A DNA stretch of 64,000 bases from an uncultured Bacteroidales bacterium (GTDB lineage: Bacteria; Bacteroidota; Bacteroidia; Bacteroidales; F082): assembly GCA_947303625.1 (NCBI GenBank), contig CAMYYV010000001.1:10507-74506 (forward strand). The letters run 5' to 3'. The first letter of the stretch is position 1, and each line of letters opens with the position of its first letter. Both the position numbers and the translations under genes were made by a program. This document shows positions 1 through 10,000 of the stretch, in pieces. The notes beneath the pieces are model-generated. The model was not told the DNA's origin, did no database searches, and was given only the letters and a program-made list of their open reading frames with translations.

Positions 1-1573
1 CACCGTTCTCTTCTTGTTTGATGTTGCTGTCGAGGTATTTCACCAGCAGGTAGTTGTCTAACTCTTTCCAGGTGGCCACGGTGTTGTGTCCCGCTTGGTT
101 GGAGAAGTCGGTGAGGTAGGCGATGGCCAGCTTCGGGTCTTGAGTGTAGAGACTCAAGGCTTGGTTGTCGGCATAGTTGACCTGTTCTTGGTAGCCACTC
201 TCTAGCTCGTTTTGCACGGCTTGGATGTCGCCGATGACGCGGTTGTAGAACAGGTACTTGAAATGCGCCAAACGGTTGAAGACCCAGAAGGCGGCGTTGT
301 CGCTGTAGGTCAGCATGTCGCCATTGCCCGAACGGTATTCGATTGGCACCTCGCTGATGGAGCAGTAGAAGGGCGTGTAGACAGTGGAATTGGTGTCGTC
401 CACTCCGAACCAAATGATGCCACCGATAGGGTTGGGCAGCCATGAGCGGCTCTGCGCGATGAAGGAGAAGCCCGTCTGCACCACCTCGATGCTGCGCTCG
501 TTGAGGTAAGGCTTTCCCTCGTATTCCCAATAGAGCGGGTTGAAACGGAAGGGCGAGCCAAAGGGGCCTGCACCGGGGTCGAGGGTCTTGTCGTATTCGG
601 TGCCCTGAAAGTGGTCACGTTGGAAACTCATCATGTCGCTGAGGCTGACCTTATCCTTGGGCTTGACATATAGGGGCATGCGGTGGGTGAGGTCCTTGCC
701 AATGACGTAGTCCCAGTATTCGTCCATGCCGTCGCACACCTTGTTGAACATGGTCCACACACGGAAGTCGCACACGCGGGCAGCACTGAAATCGACAGGG
801 GCATAGGCGGCGCTGAAGTCGAAGTCCTTGTCCTTGCCGCTGAAGTAGCCATGGCGACGGGCCACGTCGATGATGTCGTGCGAATAGATGACTTCCACCT
901 CTTTGTTGTAGAGCTTCTTCCAGTCTTTATCTGTGATGGAGGTCTTGCCGTTGCGCAAGGGGAAGGTGGTGATGCGTGCTGCGTTGGCATGGCCGCTCAC
1001 GTAGCCGTCGGGGATGCGGATGGCTACCCATACTGCACCTTTCTCCGGGGCTTTGGGCATCATCTCCATATACCACACTTCGTTGGGGTCGCTGATTGAA
1101 AACGACTCGCCGTCGCTGCCGTAGCCGTATTCCTCAACCAAATCGGCCATGATCTTGATGGCTTCGCGTGCCGAGGTGCTGCGTTCGAGGGCGATGAACA
1201 TGAGGCTGCCGTAGTCGACGATGCCTGTCGGGTCCATCAGCTCCTCGCGGCCGCCGAAGGTGGTTTCGCCGAGGGCCACTTGGTTCTCGTTGATATAGCC
1301 CACCACCTGATAGGTGTGTGCGGGTTGTGGCACGCTGCCGCGTGGGGCGTTGGTGCTACGGTCGTAGCACACGCGCATGCTGCCTGCAGGCCAGTCGGCG
1401 GCAGGGGTGAAGTAGAGCTCGCCGTAACGTATGTGCGAGTCGGCGCAGTAGCTGATGAAGTTGGAGCCGTCAACGCTGGCACCTTTGGTGATGAGGAAGT
1501 TGGTGCAGGCTTGCGACTGTCCAAAAAAGAGGACCAGCAACGCGATGACGAGAAAGGTCTTGATGTGTCTCAT
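1..1573 (-). CDS. Peptidase family C69 dipeptidase, secreted (partial; C-terminus runs off the window start)
   Basis: The minus strand is open from the ATG (complement of 1571-1573) to position 1. It is absent from the ORF track because it has no stop in the window. My translation starts MRHIKTFLVIALLVLFFGQSQACTNFLITKGASVDGSNFISYCADSHIRYGELYF. That is a signal peptide followed by the N-terminal nucleophile Cys and the ASVDGS signature typical of C69 dipeptidases. Confidence 0.8.
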   Translation of the reverse strand, partial: MRHIKTFLVIALLVLFFGQSQACTNFLITKGASVDGSNFISYCADSHIRYGELYFTPAADWPAGSMRVCYDRSTNAPRGSVPQPAHTYQVVGYINENQVALGETTFGGREELMDPTGIVDYGSLMFIALERSTSAREAIKIMADLVEEYGYGSDGESFSISDPNEVWYMEMMPKAPEKGAVWVAIRIPDGYVSGHANAARITTFPLRNGKTSITDKDWKKLYNKEVEVIYSHDIIDVARRHGYFSGKDKDFDFSAAYAPVDFSAARVCDFRVWTMFNKVCDGMDEYWDYVIGKDLTHRMPLYVKPKDKVSLSDMMSFQRDHFQGTEYDKTLDPGAGPFGSPFRFNPLYWEYEGKPYLNERSIEVVQTGFSFIAQSRSWLPNPIGGIIWFGVDDTNSTVYTPFYCSISEVPIEYRSGNGDMLTYSDNAAFWVFNRLAHFKYLFYNRVIGDIQAVQNELESGYQEQVNYADNQALSLYTQDPKLAIAYLTDFSNQAGHNTVATWKELDNYLLVKYLDSNIKQEENG

Positions 1574-1599
1574 GGTGTTATTGTTGTGTTTATCTTAGC

Positions 1600-2517
1600 T
1601 TAATCAAACATGGTCCTGGGGTTCATCCTCGCCGGCGAGCGCCAGTCGATGCCGTATTTGGCCAGGACGTTGCGTTTCTCGGACCAATAGAGGTGGCAGA
1701 ATCCCATGTGGCGCGGATGGTTTTTGAAGATCTCTTCGAGTTCTACTTCCACATCGTAGATATGCTCTTCCCATGCTTCGGTGAGTTGTACGGGGTCGTA
1801 GAGCAGATAGCGGTCGCGCATCATCAGCTTCTTCCGTTCTTCTTCTTCCGTTGCCGGGTCGATCATCCTCAGCAGGCGGGTGGTATCTTCTTCCCAGTTG
1901 TAGGTGCTTTCGTTCATGACGTGCCAGTAGTCCATGAAGGAGAGGATGAGGCGTGGGGTGTCGGCTTCGAGCAGCAGTTTCTCGTCCACCACCAGCTCGC
2001 AGAACTCTTTGAGGATCTCGTCATCTTCATTGGGCGCCACGTCTTTGATGAGGTGGAGGGCTTCCTTGGCCAAGGGGATGTTTTTCCAGAAGTCGCCGCC
2101 TCCTTCGTTGGCCGACATCTGGTCGTAGAGCACCTTCAGCCGGTCGTATTGGCTCTCGATGGTTTTCTCTTCGGTGCCGAAAAAGAAGATAAGGCGTTTC
2201 GACTCCGTGATGTAGGCGTTGGGGATGTCGTAGCTGTCGGTGCCGAGCACCTGCCAATGACGGTTGACCTTGAAGCGGTCGCCCATCATGGTGAATGCGA
2301 AGGTGTCGTCGGTCAGTTCCAGGTCGGTCAGTTCCCATACGATGTGAATGGTGTCGTCAGCGTCGGAAGGGTTGGGTTGTCCCCATGATTCGCTGACTTC
2401 AAGTCGTGCGTCTTTAGTGAGTTCGGAGAGCGTGAACGACCTTGTCTCGCAGTCGTAGTCGCGGCTGCCCATGTCGATGCGCTCGGTGATGCTGATGACG
2501 TTGAGTTGTTGTTCCAT
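1600..2517 (-). CDS. Hypothetical acidic cytoplasmic protein (305 aa)
   Basis: Long ORF sitting 4 nt downstream of the 2522..4282 gene and 26 nt upstream of the C69 gene, all on the same strand. I recognise no motif. The overlapping + strand ORFs look like antisense shadows. Confidence 0.7.
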   Translation of the reverse strand: MEQQLNVISITERIDMGSRDYDCETRSFTLSELTKDARLEVSESWGQPNPSDADDTIHIVWELTDLELTDDTFAFTMMGDRFKVNRHWQVLGTDSYDIPNAYITESKRLIFFFGTEEKTIESQYDRLKVLYDQMSANEGGGDFWKNIPLAKEALHLIKDVAPNEDDEILKEFCELVVDEKLLLEADTPRLILSFMDYWHVMNESTYNWEEDTTRLLRMIDPATEEEERKKLMMRDRYLLYDPVQLTEAWEEHIYDVEVELEEIFKNHPRHMGFCHLYWSEKRNVLAKYGIDWRSPARMNPRTMFD

Positions 2518-2521
2518 GGTG

Positions 2522-4282
2522 TTATTCTTTGTATTTCGGGAACTCGCCCTTCTCCTTGTAGGTGTCGAGCATCCAGTCGATGATGTTTTTGAAGTTGTCG
2601 ATTTTGTATTGTGCCACTTCTTCGTAGGGGACGATGCAGGGGTGCTCGAGGTTCATAAGTAGTTTCGTCATCATCCAGCGGCGGTGTTCGGCTTCGTAGA
2701 TGGGCTCACGGTCGCCTAACGGGTCGAAGTTGGCCCATCTGAAATCGAGGGCGTTGGCGCAATAGGTGCTGGCGAATTTGTCGGTCTCCGAGCCGTCGTA
2801 CCATGCCGCATAGAGGTCGTAGTTGTCCATTCCTGTCTTGCCCACGTTGTAGATGGCGTTGACGAGGATGCCTCGTTTTGACCTGTTCTTGAACAGGGGG
2901 TCGCTGCTGCTGCCCATCGCCGGACCAAAGGGTTTGATGATGCCATAGTCGCCCATCTCCATGGCGCTGAGGGCGATCTCGCCGTCTTCCTCAAGGTAGA
3001 TGCAGATGGGGACGGGGTGGGTCTTGTCGTAGACGACGGGTGGCAGATGCAACAACGAGGCGGTCCTAATACGCTGGTCGGCATGGCAGATGGCCAAGCT
3101 CAGGGCCTGGTGCTCGTTGTCGGCGGCCCATGTCTCGATCATCTTTCTGGCCTGCGGTGCCGTGTCCGACATGTCGATGAACTCCCATTCCACGTCGAGG
3201 AAGTCCCTCTCGGGAAGGTGGCGTTCCTCGGTGCCATCGGGGGCGATGTAGACGTAGCGGGCCCGTTGGAAGAGCCCCGGACGCGAGGCCGTCAGGTTGT
3301 CCATCCAGGTCCTCATGCCTTCGCCAATGATGGTGATGCGGGTGTGGCGGATGGCACCGTTCAGCCTCGGGTAGTGGGAGAGGTGTGCCACGGTGAAGGC
3401 CACGGCCTTGGCCATGCCTCCCGTGCCCAGCACGACGAAGTGGGAGTACCGTGGGTCGTCGGCCTTGATGGATGGCAGGAAACTGTCGCCGGCAAGCACC
3501 TGCTCGGCGGCATATTCGCGGGTGTTGACGATGTCGATTTTCAGGTTGTCGCTGCTGATGCTCTGCTTGCCTTTCATGTAGAGGTCGAAGGAAGAACCGC
3601 TCTCCATCATCATGAAACAATAGATTTTCTTGTTGGCGCTGGCGCAGATGGTTTTCAGCAGGTTGCAGCATCGGATGTTGGTCGAGTCGCTGTCGGAGCC
3701 GTCGTCGCCCAAGATGTAGATGGTCTCGGCATATTGTGGCATGGCGGTCTTCAGCTCGTCCATGGTGTCCCAGGCGCCATGGTAGAGGATGATACGGTTC
3801 ATGAAACGGCTGCCTGCGAAACGGGAAGCGATTTCCGCGTTGAGTTCCTCGACGTTGTTTTTCGTCATGATGACGATGTCCTGCTTGCCCTTCTCCTCGT
3901 TCAAGGCGTGGAGCATGGGCAGGAGCTGGTGGTTGACGCCCAAAATGAGGATGTGGTTCTTGGTGCGGTAGCGCATGGAGCCGGTCTTGGCCGATTCCGA
4001 GATGTTGTCGAAGATGTTGTTGAACACCGAAATGAACAGGGTGGAGAACAAGAATATGCCCGTGAGGGTGGCGACAAGACGGAATCCGTCGTGCTCGCCC
4101 GCGCCTCCGAAACCACCGGGGTCGAGGAACAGGGCGATGATGTCTTGCCATCTGTAGTTCCATCCGAAGATGGCGGAGATCAGCAGGAACAACACAAAGA
4201 ATATGATTACCACTGTGAGGAGAAACAGCAACTGGCTCCCCTTGCCGTAGGTCAGCATTTTGTTGAGTCTTCTTCTTAGCAT
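2522..4282 (-). CDS. Membrane protein with two N-terminal TM helices and two Rossmann-like (TrkA-N/RCK-like) modules; possible channel or sensor
   Basis: 586-aa ORF. Hydrophobic segments LLFLLTVVIIFFVLFLLISAIF and LVATLTGIFLFSTLFISVF are followed by HILILGVNHQLLPMLHAL and HFVVLGTGGMAKAVAF, which are beta-alpha-beta starts. The function is inferred from architecture only. Confidence 0.75.
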   Translation of the reverse strand: MLRRRLNKMLTYGKGSQLLFLLTVVIIFFVLFLLISAIFGWNYRWQDIIALFLDPGGFGGAGEHDGFRLVATLTGIFLFSTLFISVFNNIFDNISESAKTGSMRYRTKNHILILGVNHQLLPMLHALNEEKGKQDIVIMTKNNVEELNAEIASRFAGSRFMNRIILYHGAWDTMDELKTAMPQYAETIYILGDDGSDSDSTNIRCCNLLKTICASANKKIYCFMMMESGSSFDLYMKGKQSISSDNLKIDIVNTREYAAEQVLAGDSFLPSIKADDPRYSHFVVLGTGGMAKAVAFTVAHLSHYPRLNGAIRHTRITIIGEGMRTWMDNLTASRPGLFQRARYVYIAPDGTEERHLPERDFLDVEWEFIDMSDTAPQARKMIETWAADNEHQALSLAICHADQRIRTASLLHLPPVVYDKTHPVPICIYLEEDGEIALSAMEMGDYGIIKPFGPAMGSSSDPLFKNRSKRGILVNAIYNVGKTGMDNYDLYAAWYDGSETDKFASTYCANALDFRWANFDPLGDREPIYEAEHRRWMMTKLLMNLEHPCIVPYEEVAQYKIDNFKNIIDWMLDTYKEKGEFPKYKE

Positions 4283-4361
4283 GGCTTGCTATCGGGAAAT
4301 AGAAGTGTCGGTTAAAGTGTGCTTAGTTGCGATTGTCGATGCAAAAATAAAGTTTTTTTTG

Positions 4362-4369
4362 TAACTTTG
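4362..4369 (+). promoter_or_regulatory. Bacteroidota -7 promoter box TAACTTTG (TAnnTTTG)
   Basis: Matches the Bacteroides sigma-ABfr -7 consensus and lies 19 nt upstream of the rarA ATG. Confidence 0.4.
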
Positions 4370-4387
4370 CACGGTTTAAAAGAGTAA

Positions 4388-5674
4388 ATGATGCAATCCA
4401 CCATTCCATTAGCGGAACGTCTTCGTCCCACGACGTTGGATGATTATATTGGGCAGAAGCACATCATTGGTGACAATGCCGTGTTGCGCCGTGCCATCGA
4501 GAGTGGGCGTGTGCCTTCCATGATTTTCTGGGGTCCGCCTGGTGTGGGCAAGACCACTCTGGCTTTCATCATCTCGAAACAGGTCAAGCGGCAGTTCTTC
4601 CAGCTGAGCGCTGTCAGCAGTGGTGTGAAGGAGGTGCGTGAGGTCATCGACCGCGCACGGATGCTTCCTGAGGCACCTATCTTATTTATCGACGAGATCC
4701 ATCGCTTCAGCAAGTCGCAGCAGGACTCGTTGCTTGGTGCGGTCGAGAAAGGATTGGTGACACTCATTGGCGCCACGACAGAGAACCCGAGTTTCGAGGT
4801 CATCTCGCCCTTGCTGTCACGTTGTCAGGTGTATGTGCTCAAGTCGCTCGAAAAAGAAGACCTGCAGATCCTTTTGGACAAGGCGGTGAAGGCCTTGGAA
4901 TACGATTTCGGCAAGAAGATCACCGTTAAGGAGCCCGAAGCCTTGATGCAGATCAGCGGCGGTGATGGACGCAAATTATTGAACGCCATCGAGTTGGTGG
5001 TTACCTCGCTGAACGACTTGGACGAGACTGCTGGGGAGCTGGTCGTCACAAACGAATTCACCACCAAGTGCATCCAGAGCAATCTGGTGAAATACGATAA
5101 GCAGGGAGAGATGCACTACGACATCATTTCGGCCTTCATCAAGTCGATGCGAGGCAGCGACCCCAACGCGGCGCTCTATTACCTCGCCCGCATGATTGAG
5201 GCAGGGGAGGACCCCTTGTTCATCGCACGGCGAATGCTGATACTCTCGTCGGAGGACATCGGCAATGCCAACCCTAATGCCTTGTTACTTGCCAATGCCT
5301 GCTTTGACGCCGTCAACAAGATCGGTTGGCCTGAGAGCCGCATCATCCTTGCGCAGACGGTGGCCTACTTGGCTTCGTCGCCCAAGAGTAATGCCGCCGT
5401 GGCCGCTATTGACGCGGCACAGGCCTTGGTGCGTGAGACGGGTGACCTGCCCGTTCCGTTGCACCTCCGTAACGCGCCCACTAAGCTGATGAAAGACCTT
5501 GGCTATCATGACGGTTATAAATATGCGCATGCTTTTGAGGGAAATTTTGTGGAACAAGAATTTCTGCCGGAAACAATTTCTGGCACGGTTTTGTATGAGC
5601 CACAAGATAACCCGCGCGAACGCGAGATTCGGAGAAGCCTGCGCGAGAAGTGGAAGGAGAAGTACGGGTATTAG
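4388..5674 (+). CDS. rarA: Replication-associated recombination protein A (AAA+ ATPase RarA/MgsA)
   Basis: 428 aa. Walker A is WGPPGVGKTTLA and Walker B is ILFIDEIHRF. The MgsA-type C-terminal half is present (DALYYLARMIEAGEDPLFIARRM, HLRNAPTKLMK). Confidence 0.93.
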   Translation: MMQSTIPLAERLRPTTLDDYIGQKHIIGDNAVLRRAIESGRVPSMIFWGPPGVGKTTLAFIISKQVKRQFFQLSAVSSGVKEVREVIDRARMLPEAPILFIDEIHRFSKSQQDSLLGAVEKGLVTLIGATTENPSFEVISPLLSRCQVYVLKSLEKEDLQILLDKAVKALEYDFGKKITVKEPEALMQISGGDGRKLLNAIELVVTSLNDLDETAGELVVTNEFTTKCIQSNLVKYDKQGEMHYDIISAFIKSMRGSDPNAALYYLARMIEAGEDPLFIARRMLILSSEDIGNANPNALLLANACFDAVNKIGWPESRIILAQTVAYLASSPKSNAAVAAIDAAQALVRETGDLPVPLHLRNAPTKLMKDLGYHDGYKYAHAFEGNFVEQEFLPETISGTVLYEPQDNPREREIRRSLREKWKEKYGY

Positions 5675-5707
5675 TTGAGAGTTTAGAGTTGAGAGTTTAG
5701 AGTTGGG
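5673..5707. repeat. 14-bp tandem repeat AGTTGAGAGTTTAG, about 2.5 copies
   Basis: Direct reading shows agttgagagtttag agttgagagtttag agttggg immediately after the rarA stop codon. Confidence 0.8.
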
Positions 5708-5777
5708 ATTGTGGTATGGGATTTGTAGGGCTGTCACATCGTGGCAGCCGCCCTAGAATAAAAACGGCAGTCGCCAA

Positions 5778-6563
5778 ATGGCAAACAACAAAAAACAAGA
5801 CAAAGAAATGAGCGAAGAAACCAAAGAAAAATCCACGCAGAGCCTGACCTTGTGGAACAGGGTGCTGGCCACCAGTGTGAAGTTGCCCTTTGTGAAGGTC
5901 GACCGTGACGAGTTCCTGACCAAGGAACTGGCAAAATTCTGCACTCCTATGGAGGTGATGACAGCCTTGAACGAAAGTCCCGTCAAGGTGCTTACCAAGA
6001 AGGAGATCGACAAGTTGGCCAACCAGTGCATCAGTTATCATTTGACCATGGTGAGTGGCACTTCGGCGTTGATGGGTATCCCTGGCGGCTGGTGGATGGC
6101 GGGTACCATCCCCACTGACTTGGCACAATTCTATGGCCATGTTTTGTCGTTGATGCAAAAGTTGATGTATCTTTATGGGTGGCCTCCGCTCACCGACATC
6201 AACAATCAGTTGGACGACGAGTCGCTTAACATCATGACCCTTTTTGTGGGTGTGATGATGGGAAACAAACTGGCCGTCGAGGCATTGGGAAAGGTGGTTA
6301 CCCAGGTGTCGAAGAATGCAAGCGTTAAATTGTCGGAGACTGTCATGGCGAAATATGCCATCAAGATTGCCGAGTGGATTGGCATCAGCATGACGAAGGA
6401 GGGCTTCGCAAAAGGCGTTGGAAAGGTGATACCCTTGGTGGGTGCGCCTATATCAGCCACCATCACCTATTACACCTTCCGACCCATGGCGCGTCGCCTC
6501 AAGAAGCACTTGGACGAGCTGTACGAAATGCGTCACTTCGACGTGCGCCAGCTGGAGTATTAG
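5778..6563 (+). CDS. Hypothetical protein, possibly EcsC-like
   Basis: 261-aa ORF with an ATG start. The segment GIPGGWWMAGTIPTDLAQFY followed by hydrophobic helices resembles the EcsC family. This is a weak call made by eye. Confidence 0.65.
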   Translation: MANNKKQDKEMSEETKEKSTQSLTLWNRVLATSVKLPFVKVDRDEFLTKELAKFCTPMEVMTALNESPVKVLTKKEIDKLANQCISYHLTMVSGTSALMGIPGGWWMAGTIPTDLAQFYGHVLSLMQKLMYLYGWPPLTDINNQLDDESLNIMTLFVGVMMGNKLAVEALGKVVTQVSKNASVKLSETVMAKYAIKIAEWIGISMTKEGFAKGVGKVIPLVGAPISATITYYTFRPMARRLKKHLDELYEMRHFDVRQLEY

Positions 6564-6799
6564 TGTTTGAACTCCGACACGAACGTGTCGTGTAGTTTGG
6601 TGTCAGGCGTCTGCAGGATGGCCTTGTAGTTGAGCTTTTTCTCAGTCATGAGCCAGTCAATATATTCGTCGACAAAATCCTTGATTCCGGATTGTCCCAT
6701 CTTGATGTAAATCAAGTTGAGTTTGGCTTTGGCTTCGGTTTCGGAGAGGCCGTCGTTGTTGATGATGGCTTGGGTGAGTTTGTCCATGAATTTTTCCAT
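6560..6799 (-). CDS. Small hypothetical protein (79 aa)
   Basis: ORF with a TATATTTG -7 box on the same strand at 6830..6837. It converges on the previous gene with a 4-nt overlap. Confidence 0.55.
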   Translation of the reverse strand: MEKFMDKLTQAIINNDGLSETEAKAKLNLIYIKMGQSGIKDFVDEYIDWLMTEKKLNYKAILQTPDTKLHDTFVSEFKH

Positions 6800-6829
6800 T
6801 GTGCAGTGCTTTTTTTGTGTTTAGGGTTG

Positions 6830-6837
6830 CAAATATA
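6830..6837 (-). promoter_or_regulatory. -7 box TATATTTG (minus strand)
   Basis: The reverse complement of caaatata matches TAnnTTTG, 31 nt upstream of the 6799 start. Confidence 0.4.
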
Positions 6838-6912
6838 GTAAGAAAACAAGTAGCTGTCAAGAAAAAAATGGATTTGTTTTCCACAAATGACTTTTGTGTT
6901 TCAAAAAAGCAT

Positions 6913-6920
6913 TACTTTTG
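6913..6920 (+). promoter_or_regulatory. -7 box TACTTTTG with an upstream TTTG (-33-like) at 6892-6895
   Basis: Consensus match about 175 nt upstream of the M6 protease ATG. A strong terminator hairpin follows before that gene. Confidence 0.4.
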
Positions 6921-6926
6921 CAGCGG

Positions 6927-7035
6927 TTCTTATCATTAAGACCTGTGGCCGATAAAACGGCTGCAAGTAAAAGGTTTCATAAATTTTGGTTTTTGGTTCT
7001 TGAAAATCCTGGCTTCGGTCGGGATTTTCTTGTTG
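6927..7035 (+). ncRNA. Candidate small RNA or terminated leader transcript (about 100 nt)
   Basis: Bounded by the promoter box at 6913-6920 and the intrinsic terminator at 7003-7035. It has internal small hairpins (GCAGC..GCTGC, GCCG ataaaa CGGC). The only ORF across it (6894..7082) has no coding character. Confidence 0.3.
7003..7035 (+). terminator. Rho-independent terminator-like hairpin
   Basis: AAAATCCTGGC-TTCG-GTCGGGATTTT forms an 11-bp stem (two G-U pairs) with a UUCG tetraloop, followed by TTTTCTTGTT. There is no + strand gene upstream for it to terminate. Confidence 0.55.
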
Positions 7036-7053
7036 TGGTAGGGGAGAAAAGTT

Positions 7054-7061
7054 TATTTTTG
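7054..7061 (+). promoter_or_regulatory. -7 box TATTTTTG
   Basis: TAnnTTTG match 33 nt upstream of the 7095 ATG. Confidence 0.4.
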
Positions 7062-7094
7062 CGGTCTGAAAATAACCTTTAATACCTATTTACA

Positions 7095-10000
7095 ATGAGA
7101 AAGCTGATGTTGTTTGTTGCCGCCATGTTGATTTCGTTGCAATGTGCCATGGCTGCTCCCTTGAAGAATATCGAAATTCAGTTGACCCAACCCAATGGCG
7201 AAGTCGTCCATTGTTTTGCCTCGGGCGATGAGTTCTACAACTATCTGCACGATGCCAACGGCTTCACCATCGTCAAAGGTGAGAATGGCTTCTATTGCTA
7301 TGCCATGCGTGATGCCGAAGGCCATGTCGTGGCGTCGCAATATGTCGTCAACAGCGTCGACCCGGCCAGCGTCGGGCTGCAGCCTCGTGTGCACATCTCG
7401 AAACAGGAATATCTTGAGCGCCGTGAGTCCCGCGAGCAGTATATCAGACGACCCCAGAGGTCGGGTTCGCGCGAACTCAACCACGGGCGTTATAACAACT
7501 TGGTGGTATTCATTCGTTTTGCCGGCGACACCTACCACACCACGCCGACCTCTGCTGTCGATTCGATGTTCAATGCCTCCAACTATGAGTCCATCTCGCT
7601 GCACAACTTCTATCATCGTGCCACATATAACCAACTCGACCTGCGCTCCTATCTCTATCCCATCCCTGACGGCGAGACCATACTCTCTTACGAGGACATC
7701 TATCCCAAGGAGTATTATATGCCTTACGACCCCGTGACCAACCCTCTTGGCTATCAAAGTTGGGAGACTGCCGATCGCGAGTTCTCATTGCTGGAGCGCG
7801 CCATCTATTATGTGGCCGACCAGGTGCCCGATACCCTCGACCTCGACTACAACAGCGATGGCCTGGTCGACAACGTGGTGTTCGTCATCAAAGGCAGGCC
7901 TGGCGAATGGGCTTCGCTGCTATGGCCGCACCGTTGGTGTATCTACGACCGTTATGTGCCGCTGAACGGCTTGCAAGTCTACGACTTCAACCTGCAGCTT
8001 GAACAGGGTGGCTATTTCAACGTCAGCACCTTGTGCCATGAGATGTGCCACTCCTTGGGTGCTCCCGATCTCTACCATTATGACGGCGGCATCGACCCCG
8101 TGGGCGGTTGGGATCTGATGTGCGGCACGTCAGAGCCTCCGCAACACCAAAGCGCTTATGTCAAATACAAATATGGTAACTGGATCGACGACATCCCTGA
8201 AATTGATGCCTATGGCACCTACGAGCTGGAAGCTGTCTCTTGGGAAGGCAACCGTCGCAACGCCTACAAGATTCGCCTCAATGCCGACCAGTGGCTGCTT
8301 CTGGAATACCGCAACGACCAAGACCTGTTCGACTCGAATGTGCCCGACGGGGGACTGCTGATCTATCGCATCGACACCCGCTTTGATGGCAACGCCGGAT
8401 GGAACGGCACCGACGTCCTCGACGAGGTCTATCTCTTCCGTCCTAACGGCGATGTGAACAATGTCGGCAACCTCAACCAGGCCAATTTCTGCGTCGAGCG
8501 CAACAGGACGGAGTTCAGTCAAAACACCAACCCGCCTCTTTTCCTCACCAACGGACAAGCCATCGACTGGCAGAGCGCTATCTATGACATCAGCACGAGA
8601 GGCGACCGCATGAGCTTCACTTACGGCCCGCTGAACCATATAGCAGCCCCGAGCCACTTCATCGTCAATGTCAACAGCCTGTCGCACGAGGTGGAGCTGT
8701 CGTGGGACGCTATGACCGATGCCGAGGGCTATAACGTTTACCGCGACGGGATGGAGGTGGCTACCCATCTTACCGAGACGCATTTCGAGCATCCCTATAC
8801 CACTGCCGACAACGGCTATCACACCTATTACGTGGCCTCCTATAGGGGAGACACCTTGTCGGACTATACCGAGCAGTGGGTCATCCTGGGTGACTATGAG
8901 ACCATCCATGTCACCATCACCTCCGACTCGCCCTACGGCACCAAGGGCGGTGAGCTTGAAGTGCTCTTTAGCTTGCCGGAGATGAAGACGCAATACCTCA
9001 CCATCTATGACGGCGCACAGGCTGAGGCTGACTTCTATGTGCCTGCCAATACCGAGGTGGGCTTCTTCTGGAATGCCGGTTTCGACCCAGACAGTCAGGG
9101 CATCCATGTGACTGCTGTCCGCCAGAACGAGAGCGGAGAGGAGACCATCTTCGACACGGAGGCGCCTTCGGGCTGCCTTTCCCAATACACCGTGGCCGAC
9201 TCAGGTCTGGGTCTAATACCTCCGCAAAACCTCACGGCTGTCTCCGAAGGTCCCAGCATCCGCCTGTCGTGGACTGTACCGACAGAGAACAACCGCTTCA
9301 CCGTGTATCGTGGCAGCAGGGTGCTCCAGTCGGATGTCGTGGGCTATGGCTATCTGGATGACAACATCATGCGTTCGGGTACATACAGCTATCATGTGGA
9401 GAATAACAGCGGTGAGCTGTCCACTTGGCTTCCCGAGAACACGGTCTATGCCACGGCGATGACCTATTATTGTGAGCCGCCGCAAAACCTTGCAGGCACC
9501 TACGACGGTGACGGCCATGCGACACTCACATGGGAAGCGCCCCAGTTCCTCGGTAATGGTATGATGGCATACGACAATAACCAATTTGTGGAGCAGCTTG
9601 GCTCGAACAGCAACAAGTGGGCCATCAAGATAGAGCCGATGAACCTGACCTACTTCGAGGGCCATCCGGTCACGCATATCGAGATGTTCGACTGCTCTGA
9701 AGGTCATTATACCTATTATTTCTATAACGACGAGCTGGTCAACAACAATACGTTGATTTACACGCAGCAACATGACATGGAGGGCACACACGAGTGGGTG
9801 CGCTTTGCCTTGGATGAGGCCGTGAGCTACGATGCCACGAAGCCGCTTTGGATCTGTGTGTCGACCACGGGTGCCACAAAGCCCATCCCGTGCTGCGAAT
9901 ATGTGGGCGAGCCGAACAGCTGCCTGATCAAGTCAGGCACCTTCTGGAAGCCGGTCACCTCTTTTGGGAGGAACCTGTCGTGGCTCTTACGTGCCTACAC

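Noticed and set aside
3017-4279. Long + strand ORF (420 aa) and a 365-aa minus-strand ORF (3066..4163) overlapping the 2522..4282 gene.
   Set aside because: They are antisense or alternative-frame shadows. Their translations are Gly/Val/Asp/His/Arg-rich low-complexity strings without motifs. The 586-aa frame, by contrast, has TM helices and Rossmann-like motifs and is operon-packed.
6894-7082. 62-aa ORF in the gap upstream of the M6 protease.
   Set aside because: It starts before the putative promoter box, reads through the terminator hairpin and lacks coding character. It is better explained as a non-coding or leader region.
8130-9185. 351-aa minus-strand ORF inside the M6 protease gene.
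   Set aside because: It lies antisense to a gene with an HExxH motif, Fn3 repeats and a T9SS tail, and has no motifs of its own. It is a typical shadow ORF of a GC-biased codon frame.
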